The notes below the pieces were generated by a model. That model was not told the origin of the DNA, did not search any database, and was given only the letters and a program-made list of their open reading frames with translations. From contig NC_043019.1 of the NCBI RefSeq assembly GCF_006345805.1, forward strand, positions 12,337,360 through 12,401,359: a stretch of DNA of 64,000 nucleotides. The letters run 5' to 3'. Each line of letters opens with the position of its first letter. The stretch's first letter is position 1. Origin of the DNA: Octopus sinensis. Lineage: Eukaryota. The translations under genes were made by a program, and so were the position numbers. Shown here one piece after another: positions 40,037 to 54,485 of the stretch.

Positions 40037-42644
40037 CAAGAGCTAGTATGTGTGTGTATATGTTTGTTGTTTGTGTTTGTCCCCCCATCATCGCTTGACA
40101 ACCGATGCTGGTGTGTTTACATCCCTGTAACTTAGCAGTTTGGCAAAAGAGACCGATAGAATAAGTACTGGGCTTACAAAGAATAAGTCCTGGGGTTGAT
40201 TTGCTCAACTAAAGGCAATGCTCCAAAGCATACAAACATACAAGCAAGCACACACTTGTAGATACGCATGACTAAACGTACAAACATTGAGCTTCAGTGT
40301 TTGCTTTGGCAAGTTCTACAGTTGGATGCTCTTACTAATGTCAACCACTTCACCGAATGTACTGGGTGCTTTTTTTTCTCTCATGGTACCAGCTCTAGTG
40401 AAGTCGCTAGTGAGGCAGCACAAGACCCCTAGAGAGACTGAGGATGCAGTACGGAGTGAGTTGGCTTTGTGCTGTGGAAAGGAGGGCCAGGAACGGGTGT
40501 CCTGCTGTGGAGGAGATATATGGATACCCCCAGCAGGAATGGGAGGAAAGATAGTGGAGATGGATTATCAGGGCTTATCCTCAAGGTACAAGAAGGTGGT
40601 GAGCAGAGAGAGAGAGAGAGTAGGGGTTGTGAATCAAGGATGGGTAGCTAGGCTCACAAGAGTGTGAAGCGGGTGTAAAGAAACCTCTGTGATCATTATC
40701 AAGAAGTAATAGCATGGAGAGAGAGAATAGGGGCAGAGAATCAAGAATGGCTAGGTGGGTAGCTATGTTCACAAGAATGTGAAAGGGGTGTGAAGAAACC
40801 TCTGTGGTCACTCAACCGGCTAGAAATAATAGCAATCTCTCCCCCCCTGGAGACATTGGGTATTGCATAGTTCTAGACGATACTGTGTCTGAATAAGAGA
40901 TTGTAAAATTTCCTCTATCTGGGAGGCCTTGGAACTAAACAAGAACACCATAGATGCTTATAGATATGCATAACTAATCACACAGTCATGCATGACTAAA
41001 CACACACACACGTGTAATAAAGGAATACACATGCACATGAATATCTGACAGTTGCATATCATCACACCACTACTTTCTTTATTCGCTGTAGTGTCCCATT
41101 TGTCAGATTTAAGTACTTTTACGTACAAAAGTACACGCGTATTTCTCTGTCTCCGCTCTCTCTCTCTCCCTCTTTATTGACTGGAAACTTAATGTATATA
41201 TATATGTATGTATGTTATGCAGTGTGTGTGTGCGAGAGGGAATGTGATAAAGAGAGAGAGAGAGAGAGAGAGAGAGAATGTGGGTTTCTGTGTCATGGTG
41301 CCTTTATAACATTTGGCTGGAAGCAGTCAAATAGCTCCGACATCAGACATCATCGAATCACTCCTTGCTTACTTTTATTATTTTGCATTCAGCTGTTGGG
41401 GGGGGGGGAGAGGAGACCCACACGTGTTATATCTTTTGTTTTTTTTTTTTTTTTTTGTTGTTTATGTTTTTTTCTTCTCAAATGCAGTACTCATTCCCCT
41501 CCACCCCTACTTCCATCCATCCCCTCTTTCTTCTCTCTCTCTCTCTCTTGACTTTTCTTTTTTACTTTCCCACTTTCACACTTCTACCTTACAACTCTCA
41601 CTCACTTCTCTCTCTCTCTCTCTCTCAATTTGTCAAACTTTCTCTCTGTCTTTCTCTCGCAGCTTGCTCTCTCTCCCTCTTCCTCTTTCCCTGTCTCTCT
41701 CTTTCTCTGTTGTTCTCTCTCCCCCTTCTTTTTTTTTCAGCTTCTCTCCCTGTTTGCCATTCTCTTTCTTTCATTCAGTTTCCCTATCTCTCTCTCTCTT
41801 CTTGCTGATCTCACTCTCTCTGCTTGCCTCTCTCTCTCTCTCTCTCTCTGCTTGCCCCCTCTCTTTCTCTCTCTGCTTGCCCCCCTCTCTTTCTCTCTCT
41901 GCTTGCCCCTCTCTCTTTCTCTCTCTGATTTCCCCCTCTCTCTCTCTGCTTGCCTCCCTCTCTCTGCTTGCCCCTCTCTCTCTCTGCTTTCCCTCTCTCT
42001 GCTTTCCCTCTCTCTGCTTTCCCTCTCTCTTCTTGCCTCTCTCTCTTTCTGTTTGAGCATGTCCAAAATCTCATGTGAAACAACAAAGGAATCTAGACTG
42101 ACTCTCAAAGACCTCTATTCCAGTACAATTGACAGAACTACCTCCTTCTCCTATACACTAACACTACAAATACTTCCACTTGTACCTGAGTATACACACT
42201 CTGCAATACAATATACTGTAAACAAAAGAAGACAAAATATGACACAAGCATGCCTGCATGGTTAAGAACCTTGCTTTGTAACCACATGGTTTTTGGTTCA
42301 GTCCCACAGTGCAGCACCTTGAGAAAGTGTCTTCTGTTATTGCTCCAGACTGACAAATACCTTGTGTGTGAATTTTGGTAGATGAAAACGATGTGGAAAC
42401 CTATTGTGTGTATGTGTGTGTGTATTTGTTTTCCCGTTGCTTGGCAACCGGTGTTGGTTTGTTCATGTCCCCTTGTAACTTCGCTATGATTAGAATAAGT
42501 ACCAGATTTGAAATAATAAGAACTGGGAGTTATTTGTTCAACCGAATGCTCCATGTTGGTGCCCCAGCTTGGCTGCAATCCTGTGACTGTAAATAAAAAG
42601 TAAATGATAATGATTATCTCCCTTGTAATATTTGCAACCATGTG

Positions 42645-43215
42645 AACGCACATGGCTCAGTGGTTAGTGTGTTGGGCTCACAGTCATGAGGTAGTGAGTT
42701 CAATTCCTGGCTCAGGCTGTGTGTTCTTGAGCAAGACACTTTATTTTGTGTTGCTCCAGTTTACTTAGCAGTAGAAATGAGCTGTGTGCGACCTCACTGG
42801 TGCCAAGCTGTATCGGCCTTTACCTTTTCCTTGGATAACATTGGTGGCACAAAAGGGGAGGCTGGTATGCGTGGCGTTTGCTGGTCTTCCATAAACAACC
42901 TGTGTCATCTCTTGTGAAAGGTAGGAGAGTCCAGTTTGCTGGACGTTGTTGTAGAGCTGAAAAAGAGGTAATTTCTACTCTTCTCTTCTGGAAGCCATCT
43001 ACTCGCAATACCAGAGGGCGCACACTCTCCTACCTTGATGTAATCTCCAGGGATACAGGCATCCAGCAACAGGACCTCCGTAATGCCATGATGGACCGTG
43101 AAGTCTGGCGTAGCATGGTAAATTCCATTGTCTCGACCACGGTCGAACAATGATGATGATGATAAACAACCTTGCCTGCATTTGTGCCTTGGAGGGGAAC
43201 TTTTAAGGTGCAGTC
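42645..43215 (+). mobile_element. SINE-D (tRNA-derived) interrupted by RTE fragment
   Basis: A box tggctcagtgg, B box gagttcaattcc; minus-strand copies at 5230-5545 and 32405-32727. Confidence 0.82.
42902..43161 (+). mobile_element. Shorter copy of the same RTE LINE inserted in a SINE-D
   Basis: Near-identical to 6790-7051; TSD ataaacaacct at 42891-42901 and 43162-43172. Confidence 0.9.
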
Positions 43216-45058
43216 TTATTTTAATACTTGCAACAACTAAAGGGAGCACATGTTAACCCCCAGTTGTAGTTGTGCAGTAACAAAGTTTCACTTCGTAACC
43301 ACATGGTTTCAATTCCATTTTTCTGTGCCACTTGTGCAAAATATCTTCTGTTTTACCCTGGACAGGATGACCCATGCCTTGTGATTGGAAATGATAGGCC
43401 TTAATCAATCTGTGTGTGTATTATCTCCCCCAGGGGCTCTCAGTGTTTTTAGGGGGCAAACTCCACTTTTACTGACCTCTCACCTTAATTAACAAGAAAT
43501 TTAATGACCCCTTCACACTTTCAGTGGTTGGGAGGCTGTGTGGGGTGTAGGAGAGGACCAGATGTCTGCCCCTGCACCCTTCTTGTTATACATCTCTTCA
43601 TTCTCCCTCTTTCTCTCTCTCTCTCTCTCACACACAGTTTATACACATGTGCATAAATACCTAGTCACCTATTACTTGTACACACACACATACACTCAAT
43701 TACTATGAAGGAGCTGTTAAGTGTTTCCTTGACTGACCAGCTTCCTGACAGCCCCCTACTGTCACCCTAACCCCCACCACACTCCCCGGTCATTTCTGAT
43801 GTGAAACATGTGTCAGTGAAGTCACCGAGAAGAGATGTCATTGGCTAATGTCGGTGACTAAGGAAAACCCAGTCAGCGTCCTCCTCATCATCATCACCAT
43901 TATTATTCCCCCCTCCCATGCCCCCCCCCAGTCATTATTATTCATATTGTCCTCAGTGTCTTGGACCCTTGTGGCCAATAAAAGAAACCATTGTGAAATG
44001 CTTTGCAGTATTCCTTCAGCTTTGTGTTCTGAGTACAAATACTGCCGAGGTCAACTTTGCATTCATCCTTTTAGTGCTGTGGCTCTCAACGGCGAGCTGG
44101 CAGAAATGTTAGCACGCCGGACGAAATGCGTAGCCGTATTTCGTCTGCCGTTACGTTCTGAGTTCAAATTCCGCCGAGGTCGACTTTGCCTTTCATCCTT
44201 TCGGGGTCGATAAATTAAGTACCAGTTACGCACTGGGGTCGATGTAATCGACTTAATCTCCTTGTCTGTCCTCTCTGTGTTTAGCCCCTTATGGGTAGTA
44301 AAGAAATAGGTTCTCAACCGGGGTCCATATGGCCCCTGGTGTGATTTTGTTGTTAAAATTTATCTGCAATAAATTATATTTCTACAATACTCAAAGCATT
44401 GTACCATATTTTTATGCAATTCCTAATAAGATTTAATTATAAGAACATAATGGGATTTTATCAAAACTTCAAATGGCTATAGGGGTCCATCTGAGTAAAA
44501 CAGGAATCAAAGGGGTCGATAAATTAAGTACCAGTGAAACACTGGGGTTGACATAATTGACTCATCCCCTCCCCCCAAAATGATTGCCCTTGTGGCAAAT
44601 TTTGAAACCACCATTATTTTTATTATTATTATTATTATTTTTATTATTATTTAAGGTGGCAAGTTGGCAGAATCGTTAGCATGTTGGACGAAATGCGTAG
44701 CAGTATTTCGCCCATTGCTCTGTTCTGAGATCAAATTCTGCCTAGGTCAGCTTTGCCTTTTATCCTTTTGGAGTCGATGAAATAAGTACCAGTTATGTAC
44801 TGAGATCAATGTAATTGACTGCCCCCCTTTCTCCCACAATTTCAAGCCTTGTTCCTATAGTACAAAGGATTATAGGAGTGGCTGTGTGGTAAGTAGCTTG
44901 CTAACCAACCACATGGTTCCGGGTTCAGTCCCACTGTGTGGCACCTTGGGCAAGTGTCTTCTACTATAGCCTCGGGCCGACCAAAGCCTTGTGAGTGGAT
45001 TTGGTAGACAGAAACTGAAAGAAGCCTGTCGTATATATGTATATATATATATATACGC

Positions 45059-45097
<39 letters not shown>

Positions 45098-45415
45098 CGC
45101 GTGGTCCCTTGAGATTTGGTAAAGTAAGGGAACTAGAAATCATAAAAGCAATTCACTGGGTAAACCAAGGGCAACTGTACACATGTACAATCACATACAC
45201 ACACTTGCACTCATACGCAGTCATGCAATCACACACACACACACATACAATCACACACTATCTGTCTTTCTCACACAAATATCACATTCTTTTTCTCTTT
45301 CCCCCTCTCTTCCCTTCTCTCTCTCTCTGTCACACACAATCTCTCTTGCAGATACATGCGCATGCATGTACACATGTACACGCATACACACAAACACACA
45401 CACACACACACATTT

Positions 45416-45461
<46 letters not shown>

Positions 45462-47093
45462 TCTCTCACACACACACACACAGTTTCTCTCTCACACACA
45501 CACACACACACATTTTCTCTCTCTCACACACACACACACGCACTTTCTCTCACACACACACACACACCACACACACACAGTTTCACAAAAGTCATCATAT
45601 TAAAATTAATCATTAATTTCTTGTGAGATGCACCTCATTATTGTTCTCGTTGGTAATATTTATTTAATTGGTTGCCACTGCATATTACTAGAAGAGTACC
45701 AGCAACCATATATGACTGTAACCCTCACCACCACCACCACCACTCACCCCCACCACTCATTCCCACCCCACCACCACCGCCACAAAGTACTTTAAATTTG
45801 ACACAAAGATTAACAAATTCATTGTGACACATCCTGTCTTACATACAGATAGAGCTTGGTGTATATGTGTATCTAGGTGGGTGTTATACAAAAGGGTGTC
45901 AATTAACATGAGTAGAATTGTACAAACCTTAATATATATATATTTATTTATATCTCCCATGCAAGCCTGTTCAGGTCAGTCGTAGAAATGGAGATGTTAC
46001 TCCCAGAGCCGTCATTCGAAACCGTTGTGTTCTGTGGTTATAGTTTAGTCGGATCTGGACAAGAAACAGACTCGATAGCAGAAGACATTCTTGGCTCTCT
46101 CTCTCTCTCCCTCCCTCCCTCTCTCCATCCCCCTCTCTCTCTCTCTCTCTCTCAACATTTGTGTTTGTATTTGCATCATCAATCAGCATCATCATCAATC
46201 ATCATCATCAATCATCATCATCATCATCAATCATCATCATCATCATCATCAATCAGCATCATCAATCATCATCATCAATCAATCATCAGCATCATTAATC
46301 ACCATCAATCATCAGCATCATCAATCACCATCAATCATCACCATCATCATCATTAATCATCATCAATCATCATCATCATTGTCATCAATAATAATAATAA
46401 AGTTTCCTTTTCCCCTGCCGGTATGAATCAGATGAAATTCACCGAGGCACGTTTCTACAGCTGGATGCTCTTCCTGTCACTAATTCTTACCTGTTTCCAG
46501 GCAACGTAATTTTCTTCCTTGGCCAAGACTCTTCCTTTTTTCTCTGGGCATCAAACGAATACATCTTGATTGTTATTCCCTCACCTGTCTCTGTCTTTTT
46601 TTTGGTGGTGGTGGTGGTGGGGGAAATACAATTTTGAACTCTATATGTTCCTACTCTGGAACTCCTCTGTGGTGGTCATGCTGGAACTAGAATTATTCTT
46701 ACATTATTAATGTATTTACAATGACTTTAGCCTTCCGAATGTGGCCTTGAAGCTGTGAAACACTTGTCTGTTTTTATGATGTTGTACCATTATGTTTGGA
46801 GGACATGATCATGTACTGTAAATGAATCATAAACTGCTGTCCTAAATTCAACATTACAAACTATGAAAAACTTGTCAGTTTTTATGATGGACCAAACCCA
46901 CAGCATACCTTCAAGTCAGCTCAGCAAGCTGTGAAACACTTGACAGGTTCAGAGAGTTTGCTGTCTCATACAGTGGTGAGCTGTATATCATTGTATGATT
47001 CATAATCATTGATCGGACACTTGACTGATAAGTATATTGGTCATCAACAGAGCGGGGTGTAGGTAACTGGTAGTTTTTTTTTAAATTTTAACC

Positions 47094-47390
47094 CACGGGG
47101 TTCACTAACTGGGGCACACATACTTCTAGAGGTACATAAGGAAAATTGTTGGGATACACGAGGTTCGTGAAAGCACTGGCATTTTGAAGTGACCACAACC
47201 GAGTAAAAACAATTTGTATGTCTAAAAAATGCATGGCAATCCTTTTGCTGTTCCCATCCTTTTGTCGTTGTGAACCAGGATTTTCGGCAAGGCTTATAAC
47301 CTAAACCAAGTTCATGGTGTGTACCTCTCTGAATCTGTCCCTAGAATTGAGTTGTTAAAAAGGGCCTAGCTCATTCATGTATCTCATTGA
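47094..47390 (+). mobile_element. hAT (Buster/Charlie-like) transposon relic with transposase C-terminus
   Basis: 47236 onward reads AILLLFPSFCRCEPGFSARLIT*TKF...SVPRIELL...HVSH*, resembling the LLPFxTTYLCExGFS...PRI...SH* end of Buster transposases. Confidence 0.6.
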
Positions 47391-47546
47391 AAAATATATA
47401 TTACTTTACTGCCCACAAGGGGTTAAACACAGAGGGGACAGACAAACGGATTAAGTCGATTACATTGACCGATGCTGGTGTGTTTTTATCCCCGTAACTT
47501 AGCGGTTTGGCAAAAGAGACTGATAGCATAAGTACTAGGCTTACGA

Positions 47547-47976
47547 AGAATAAGTCCTGGGGTCGATTTGCTTGACTAAAGGTGGTGCTCCAGCATGGCC
47601 ACAGTCACATGACTGAAACGAGTAAAAGAGTAAAAGAGAATATATCTGTTAATAGTTTAGTGGACAGGGCTCTTGAGAATGAAGACTTAGTAGAATAAGT
47701 CCTGGGGTCGATTTGCTTGACTAAAGGTGGTGCTCCAGCATGGCCACAGTCACATGACTGAAACAAGTAAAAGAGTAAAAGAGAATATATCTGTTAATAG
47801 TTTAGTGGACAGGGCTCTTGAGAATCAAGACTTAGTAGAATAAGTCCTGGGGTCGATTTGCTTGACTAAAGGTGGTGCTCCAGCATGGCCACAGTCACAT
47901 GACTGAAACAAGTAAAAGAGAATATATCTGTTAATAGTTTAGTGGACAGGGCTCTTGAGAATCAAGACTTAGTAGA
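47547..47976 (+). repeat. Tandem triplication (145/145/137 bp) of SINE-A tail plus unique flank
   Basis: Units start at 47547, 47692, 47837; AGA microhomology at junctions. Confidence 0.93.
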
Positions 47977-48571
47977 GTACTAATAGTGCTGAGATGGTAA
48001 ACCCTCAAGGCTTTTGAGTCGTTGAGAGTCAGTACACTTATGACTCACTGAGTTTTGCCTGTACTTGAGACGAAGAAATAAAGAAGAAATGAAACCAGAT
48101 AAGTGTTGGTCTCAGTGTGGTATGTAGTGTTTTGTGTCTGAGTTGCTTGTTGCTTGTATACCTTGCTGACAAGGTTACAATTAGTTGAGACGCATAGCAA
48201 TAGACATGGCATGCATGACCCACATACAAACAATGACAGTATTGAAACGCAGATGTTGGACTGATAATCTGGTGCCCTCAATTCTGTATCAGATTAACAC
48301 TGGCGAGTTAACGTGGTCTAACATTGGGTGCAGGCATGGATGTAAGGTTTAAGAAAATTGCTCAGTAATCATGTGATGCTAGGTTCAATCCTGGTGTGTA
48401 GTATCATCTTAGGTAAGTTTTATCTATCATAGCCATGGGTTCACTTTAGATATGTGGGGTGAAATTGGGTCAAAGGAAACTATGTGGAAACCTGTAAGAT
48501 GTATTTTATTCTTGGCTGGTTGATTTAATCTGTTTGGTTTAACCGTTTTGTTACTGTATTTTTGTTGAAGT

Positions 48572-48949
48572 ATACTCTTTTACTTGTTTCAGTCATTTGA
48601 CTGCGGCCGTGCTGGAGCACCGCCTTTAGTAGAGCAAATCGACCCCAGGACTTATTCTTTGTAAGCCTAGTACTTATTCTATCGGTCTCTTTTGCTGAAC
48701 CACTAAGTTATGGGGACGTAAACACACCAGCATCGGTTGTCAAGCGATGTTGAGGGGACAAACACACACCCATATATACATATATACGATGGGCTTCTTT
48801 CAGTTTCCATCTACCAAATCCACTCACAAGGCTTTGATTGGCCCGAGGCTATAGCAGAAGACACTTGCCCAAGGTGCCATGCAGTGGGACTGAAACCCGG
48901 AACCATGTGGTTGGTAAGCAAGCTACTTACCACACAGCCACTCCTACGC
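48572..48949 (-). mobile_element. SINE-A copy
   Basis: Colinear with 8056-8473. Confidence 0.9.
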
Positions 48950-49914
48950 TGATTACCTTAGTTTTTTAAAACTTAGTATATTACCTTAGTTTTAATTAGT
49001 TTTGAAAATAATTAAGAATTTAGTTAAATAACTTTGTCAATTATTAAGCTGTTGTTTGGAATCATCATCATCATTCAACGTCCATCTCCTATGCTGGCAT
49101 GGGTTGGATGGTTCAACAGGAGCTGCTCCAGTCTCCATTGCTTGTTATAGCAAGGTTTCTATGGTTGGGTGCCCTTCCTAATGCCAACCATTTTACAGTG
49201 TACTGGGTGCTTTTTATGTGGTGGAGGATTTAAATCTAGATCACATTAACATTAGATGTTTGCATCATAGAACCAGGTGGCAGTCTCAGGTGAGTCACAA
49301 CACCCAGACTGATTTACAATATTTAACCCTTTTATTTCCATGATTCTGTTGAAAAACATTGCCTTTGTTTCAATTAATTTTGAAGATAATAAAGAATTTA
49401 GTTCAATAAATTTGTCATTATAATTAAGACGGTGTCTGAGATAGAATTTAACAAAAAACTTTCTCGGGTTTTAATTTAGATCAGCTTAAAACAGGAAGTT
49501 TGTTTCATAGAACAGGGGTGCCCCTAAGTGGGCTGGTATCAAAAGAAGTGTAAACTACAAATTGGCACCTTCACTAGTATCAAGGGTTCACCCTATATGG
49601 TTACTTTATGTAAGAAATGATAGCCAAATCTCTCAAACTACACCCCACCATCTTAAGATGGTAAGACATATTAGATATGTCATCTTATATATATTATGCC
49701 TGTGAAAAAAAAAAGGAGAATGACAGTATAAATAGGGCTACAGCATCCCGGATTAAAAGGTCTGCTTAGTCACAATAGACATGGGGCTAAATGACAAGAA
49801 CTGCAGGTGCCATTTGTCGGTTCCTTTCTGTTGTAAACATTCAGAACAAGTGTCCTGCCTGAGGAGAGCATACAAATTGTGATTTCTTTCTTGTTTTCCC
49901 TTCATCCATCTCAG

Positions 49915-49958
49915 AAGTTCCAAAAGCTTCAGTGATGCTACCCTTCCTACCTGGACTT
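49915..49958 (+). CDS. Candidate small exon (44 nt), possibly SSKSFSDATLPTWT (phase 2-1)
   Basis: Strong polypyrimidine tract ending ctcag, donor gtgagt; phase-1 end would be compatible with 57073; no domain support. Confidence 0.35.
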
Positions 49959-50359
49959 GTGAGTCACTTAAAAAGAATTTTATTTTTCGGATGTAACATG
50001 AACTAACCTCTTTGGTATGTACCTGCTGTTACATCTTGACTAATCATTGTGTAATAATTGAGGTACAATCAGGATCAATATTGATCTATACAAACACATA
50101 TATATATAGAGAGAGAGTGAGCCTTCTGCTTCTTTTAGATTGAAGGTGTCTTTTGTGTTGAACAATACAATCTGTTGAATATTGTATGAAAATAGCGTAT
50201 CATTTGATTACTTCGTTATTCCATTGTACAGGTAAATGGTTTCATTTTTGTTTTTATGTCTCAAATGCAAACTGCATAATATATGTAAATGTGTGTGTTT
50301 TTTATATATGTGAAACAGGCATTTCTTTTCTACTCATATATATATATATATATATATGT

Positions 50360-50579
50360 TTTACTCTACTCTTACTCTTTTACTTGTTTCAGTCATTTGA
50401 CTGCGGCCATGCTGGAGCACCGCCTTTAGTCGAGCAAATCGACCCCGGGACTTATTCTTTGTAAGCCCAGTACTTATTCTATCAGTCTCTTTTGCCGAAC
50501 CGCTAAGTGACGGGGACGTAAACATACCAGCATCGATTGTCAAGCAATGCTGGGGGGACAAACACAGGCACACAAACAT

Positions 50580-50623
<44 letters not shown>

Positions 50624-50779
50624 GACAGGCTTTTTTCAGTTTCCGTCTACCAAATCCACTCACAAGGCATTGGTTGGCCCGGGGCCATAGCAGAAGACAC
50701 TTGCTCAAGATGCCACGCAGTGGGACTGAACCCAGAACCATGTGGTTGGTTAGCAAGCTACTTACCACACAGCCACTCC
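50360..50779 (-). mobile_element. SINE-A copy
   Basis: Colinear with 8056-8473. Confidence 0.9.
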
Positions 50780-51679
50780 ATATATATTATATGCTCTAAA
50801 GTGATACCACGTTTTGCTTGTTCATTCATTCTTTTTAACAATTCATCTGTTCAGTTTGTGTCTTCAAAAACGTGAGAAATAAGAGATCCTTTGCTCTTAA
50901 GATGGTGCTTCTGATAGGAAGGACATCCAAGTGTAAAGCAATTTTCCAGTTGTATATATACATCTAACCTGTGCTGGAATGGTGGAAGAAAAAAAAAAAC
51001 AAAAAAACAAAACAAAACAAAAACAAATCCGGATATAAAAAATGTGCAAATGTTGTGTATGGATGTGTATCATTAATTATGTATGTATATAAGTGTGTGT
51101 ATGCATATATATGTATAGACACATTGTGCATACATATGTATGTATACATACACATAGATAAACATATGCACACACATATATACAGGTGCATCATATATAA
51201 ATGTATATATATATATATATATATAAACATTATCTGGCTGATATTTAAGCATTATCTTTGCCAAAAACAGCTATAAACGGATGCTGCATCCTGCTCTTAC
51301 TAACGTATACGGTGCCAAGATACATTAACTAACATGCGTGCACACACAGATGTATAAACACATACACATACATACATATAGACACACACACACACACACA
51401 CACACAAACATATGTGCTTCACTGTACAAGGTCACGTTCTGTCTTGGAAGGATTTTTTTTTTTTATCTCATCTAGTCTTTTCATTTGACCCCCAACAGAC
51501 TCCCCTCTACCCACCCGCCCGCCCCTCCTATATCTCCGCTCAGTATTCTTATCCCCTACCCCTCGCATTCCCAGCAACCCTGCCACCACCTTCACCACCA
51601 CCACCACCACCACCACTGCCATCACGTATACCATTGACACCACACCAGAACTTTCTAGATGATACCAGCAACATATTTC

Positions 51680-52115
51680 ACATCATCCCCACCATCATAA
51701 TCATTGTCATCATCATCATCATCATCACAAGCATCAAATCATCATTATTATTATCACCATCATGACCACCACTTGTCATTGGTACCATCTCCACTATCCC
51801 CACCACCACCACCATCACATTCATTACCGCCACTATCGCCACTGCTACCACCATCATCATCATCATCACCACCTCCATCACTGTCACCACTACCATCACC
51901 ATCACCACCATCATCACATTCATTACCGCCACTATCACCACTGCCACTACTACCACTGCTACCACCATCATCATCGTCACCACCTCCATCACTGTCACCA
52001 CTATCACCACCACCACCACCATCATCACATTCATTACCACCACTATCACCACTGCCACTGCTACCACCATCATCACCATCACCATCACTACTACCATCAT
52101 CACCACCACCATCGT
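51680..52115. repeat. CAT/CAC/CCA higher-order repeat
   Basis: Recurring catcacattcattacc(g/a)ccactatc units; CAT/CAA tract also at 46170-46395. Confidence 0.9.
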
Positions 52116-52630
52116 CGTCAGTAGCAGAAAGCTAGTTGCTATTGCAATCTATGTTGCTGGTGTCAGTGGATCAAATTCAGATGGGATCAATTTGTTGCTG
52201 TGTTTTGCTCTGGTTTCCATTGCACACAGATGCATGCTGCAACGGCAGCAGTCACCAACAATAACCTACATACTTACCACCACCACCACCGCCAACAACA
52301 ACAACTATAACAACACTACCATCACTGCAGTCATCACCACCTCTGCTGATACAAGTGAATCTCTGATTGCTTTTATCTACTAGACATAACAACCAAGACT
52401 CTCTCAAATCACACCCTATCATAAAATAAAAGGAAGGACACATTAATTGACTTTTGTGGTTTTTTTATTTAACCCCACATGGGGGTGGGGAAGATGTGAT
52501 GCTCATGGCTTCAATGCTCTTGATCATAAATCTGTCTGATCAGGGCTCCTTTGGGAGGTTAAGGACAACATGTTTTCATCTGAGTTTTTAACTGACTCAC
52601 TTTCCCACCCTACAGTTAAGGCTTCTTTAA

Positions 52631-52850
52631 CCCTTTTGATACCAAACTGGCTGAAACCGGCTCTGGCTCTGAGTACAAATGTCTTGTTTTCATAAGTTCT
52701 GAATTAAAATCTTCCACCAAACCTTAGTCACAATTTATGTTCCTAACACTAGCTGAATGATAACTAGGTTATTTTACTAAATTCTTTGTTATATTTAAAG
52801 TAATTGAAAGAAACACAGAGCATCTCAAAATAAATACAGTAACGAAAGGG
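52631..52850 (-). mobile_element. piggyBac-type MITE family 1 (220 bp)
   Basis: TTAA TSD, CCCTTT termini, reverse complement of 5701-5920. Confidence 0.88.
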
Positions 52851-53565
52851 TTAAGATGTTAGTCTCTTTTTTTATATATAAACCCTTTTGATACCAACCT
52901 ATCTTAGACCTCCTCTCTGGCTGGCTCTGTGACACTGATTCTGTTTTCTAAACTGATCTAAATTAAAACATCCCATCAAAATTTCTTCCTGTTATTTTCC
53001 AAATACCAGCTTGATAATGACAAAAGTTGTTTTACTAAATTCTTTGTTATTTTCAAGATTAATTGAAATAAAGGCTGTGTGTTTCAAAAGAAACAAGATG
53101 ACAAAAAAAGGGTCGACCCTTTGGCATTCAGATTTTCCTGTCATATGTATTATTTATTCATTCAGGATGTAGGAAGGGCATACAGCTGTAGAAACTCTGC
53201 CAGATCAAGATTGGAGCCTGGTGCAGCCATCTGGTTCGCCAGCCCTCAGTCAAATTGTCCAACCCATGCTAGCATGGAAAGCTGACGTTAAACGATGATG
53301 ATGATGATTCTCACTGTTATTTAAATCAATTATGCATTGTCTTGTGGCTTTGAGATTTCAGTGATGTGATTGTTTATTTTTTTTATTTTAGAATGACATT
53401 GTAGGGTAGGTGTGAGAAGCCAGATCCGGTTGGTTTGAACATAAAACTAGCAAAATGTTTAGGTTGAATACAGCCAGGTTGAAATGTTAAAGGATTAAAT
53501 ATTTTATGACTATCAGTTTGTGTTCTGTAACTCTCATGAGAAAACCCCTGATCATAGGACACAAA

Positions 53566-53712
53566 CCCTTTAGCATTCAGATTATTCTGTCAAATGTAAT
53601 ACTTATCTATTCACATTTGTTTTGAATTAATCATGCATTATCTCATAGCTTTGAGATTTTGATGTGAATAAAAAAGTATTACATTTGACAGAGTAATCTG
53701 AATGCTTAAGGG
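53566..53712. mobile_element. Palindromic derivative of MITE family 2 (two left ends)
   Basis: About 51-bp inverted arms, both matching the family-2 left end; ends gggTTAA. Confidence 0.78.
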
Positions 53713-54046
53713 TTAAAACAAGTTTGTATCAAAGGACCGGGTGTGGTCTCAGGTGAGTTTCAGAGCTGTCACATTCTTAATGTTCCACTGGATCAAATGG
53801 TGGGAGGGCTGAGACGGTGCCTGTGTTTGGTTTGCTTGCAAGTACATGTGTACTTCCAAACAGTTTGCAAAAGCATGGTACAGGCTATCAGGTCAGTTTC
53901 CCTTGTGAGTGGATGGCTTTATGTAAGTTTGTGGCTCTGGTGGCTGGAATGGAAGAAGTTAATTGGCTAAAAGTAACCGTAGTAGACCCAAGAGGACTGG
54001 AAGTAAATCCAGCGGCAAGAAAGAACTCTGCTGCCATATGGGAAGA

Positions 54047-54485
54047 GGCGCAGGAGTGGCTGTGTGGTAAGTATCTTGCTTATCAACCACATGGAGTGGC
54101 TGTGTGGTAAGTAGCTTGCTTATCAACCACATGGTTCCGGGTTCAGTCCCACTGCGTGGAACCTTGCGCAAGTGTCTTCTACTATAGCCTCGGGTCAACC
54201 AAAGCCTTGTGAGTGGATTTGGTAGACGGAAACTGAAAGAAGCCCGTCGTGTATATGTATATATATGTGTGTGTGTTTGTGTGTCTGTGTTTGTCCCCCT
54301 CAACATCGCTTGACAACTGATGCTGGTGTGTTTATGTCCCCCGTAACTTAGCAGTTCGGCAAAAGAGTCCAATCGAATAAGTACTAGGCTTCCAAAGAAT
54401 AAGTCCTGGGGTCGATATGCTCGACTAAAGGCGGTGCTCCAGCATGGCCACAGTCATATGACTGAAACAAGTGAAAAGAGTAATA
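54047..54485 (+). mobile_element. SINE-A with tandemly duplicated A-box segment
   Basis: ggagtggctgtgtggtaagta(t/g)cttgcttatcaaccacat occurs twice in a row. Confidence 0.88.
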
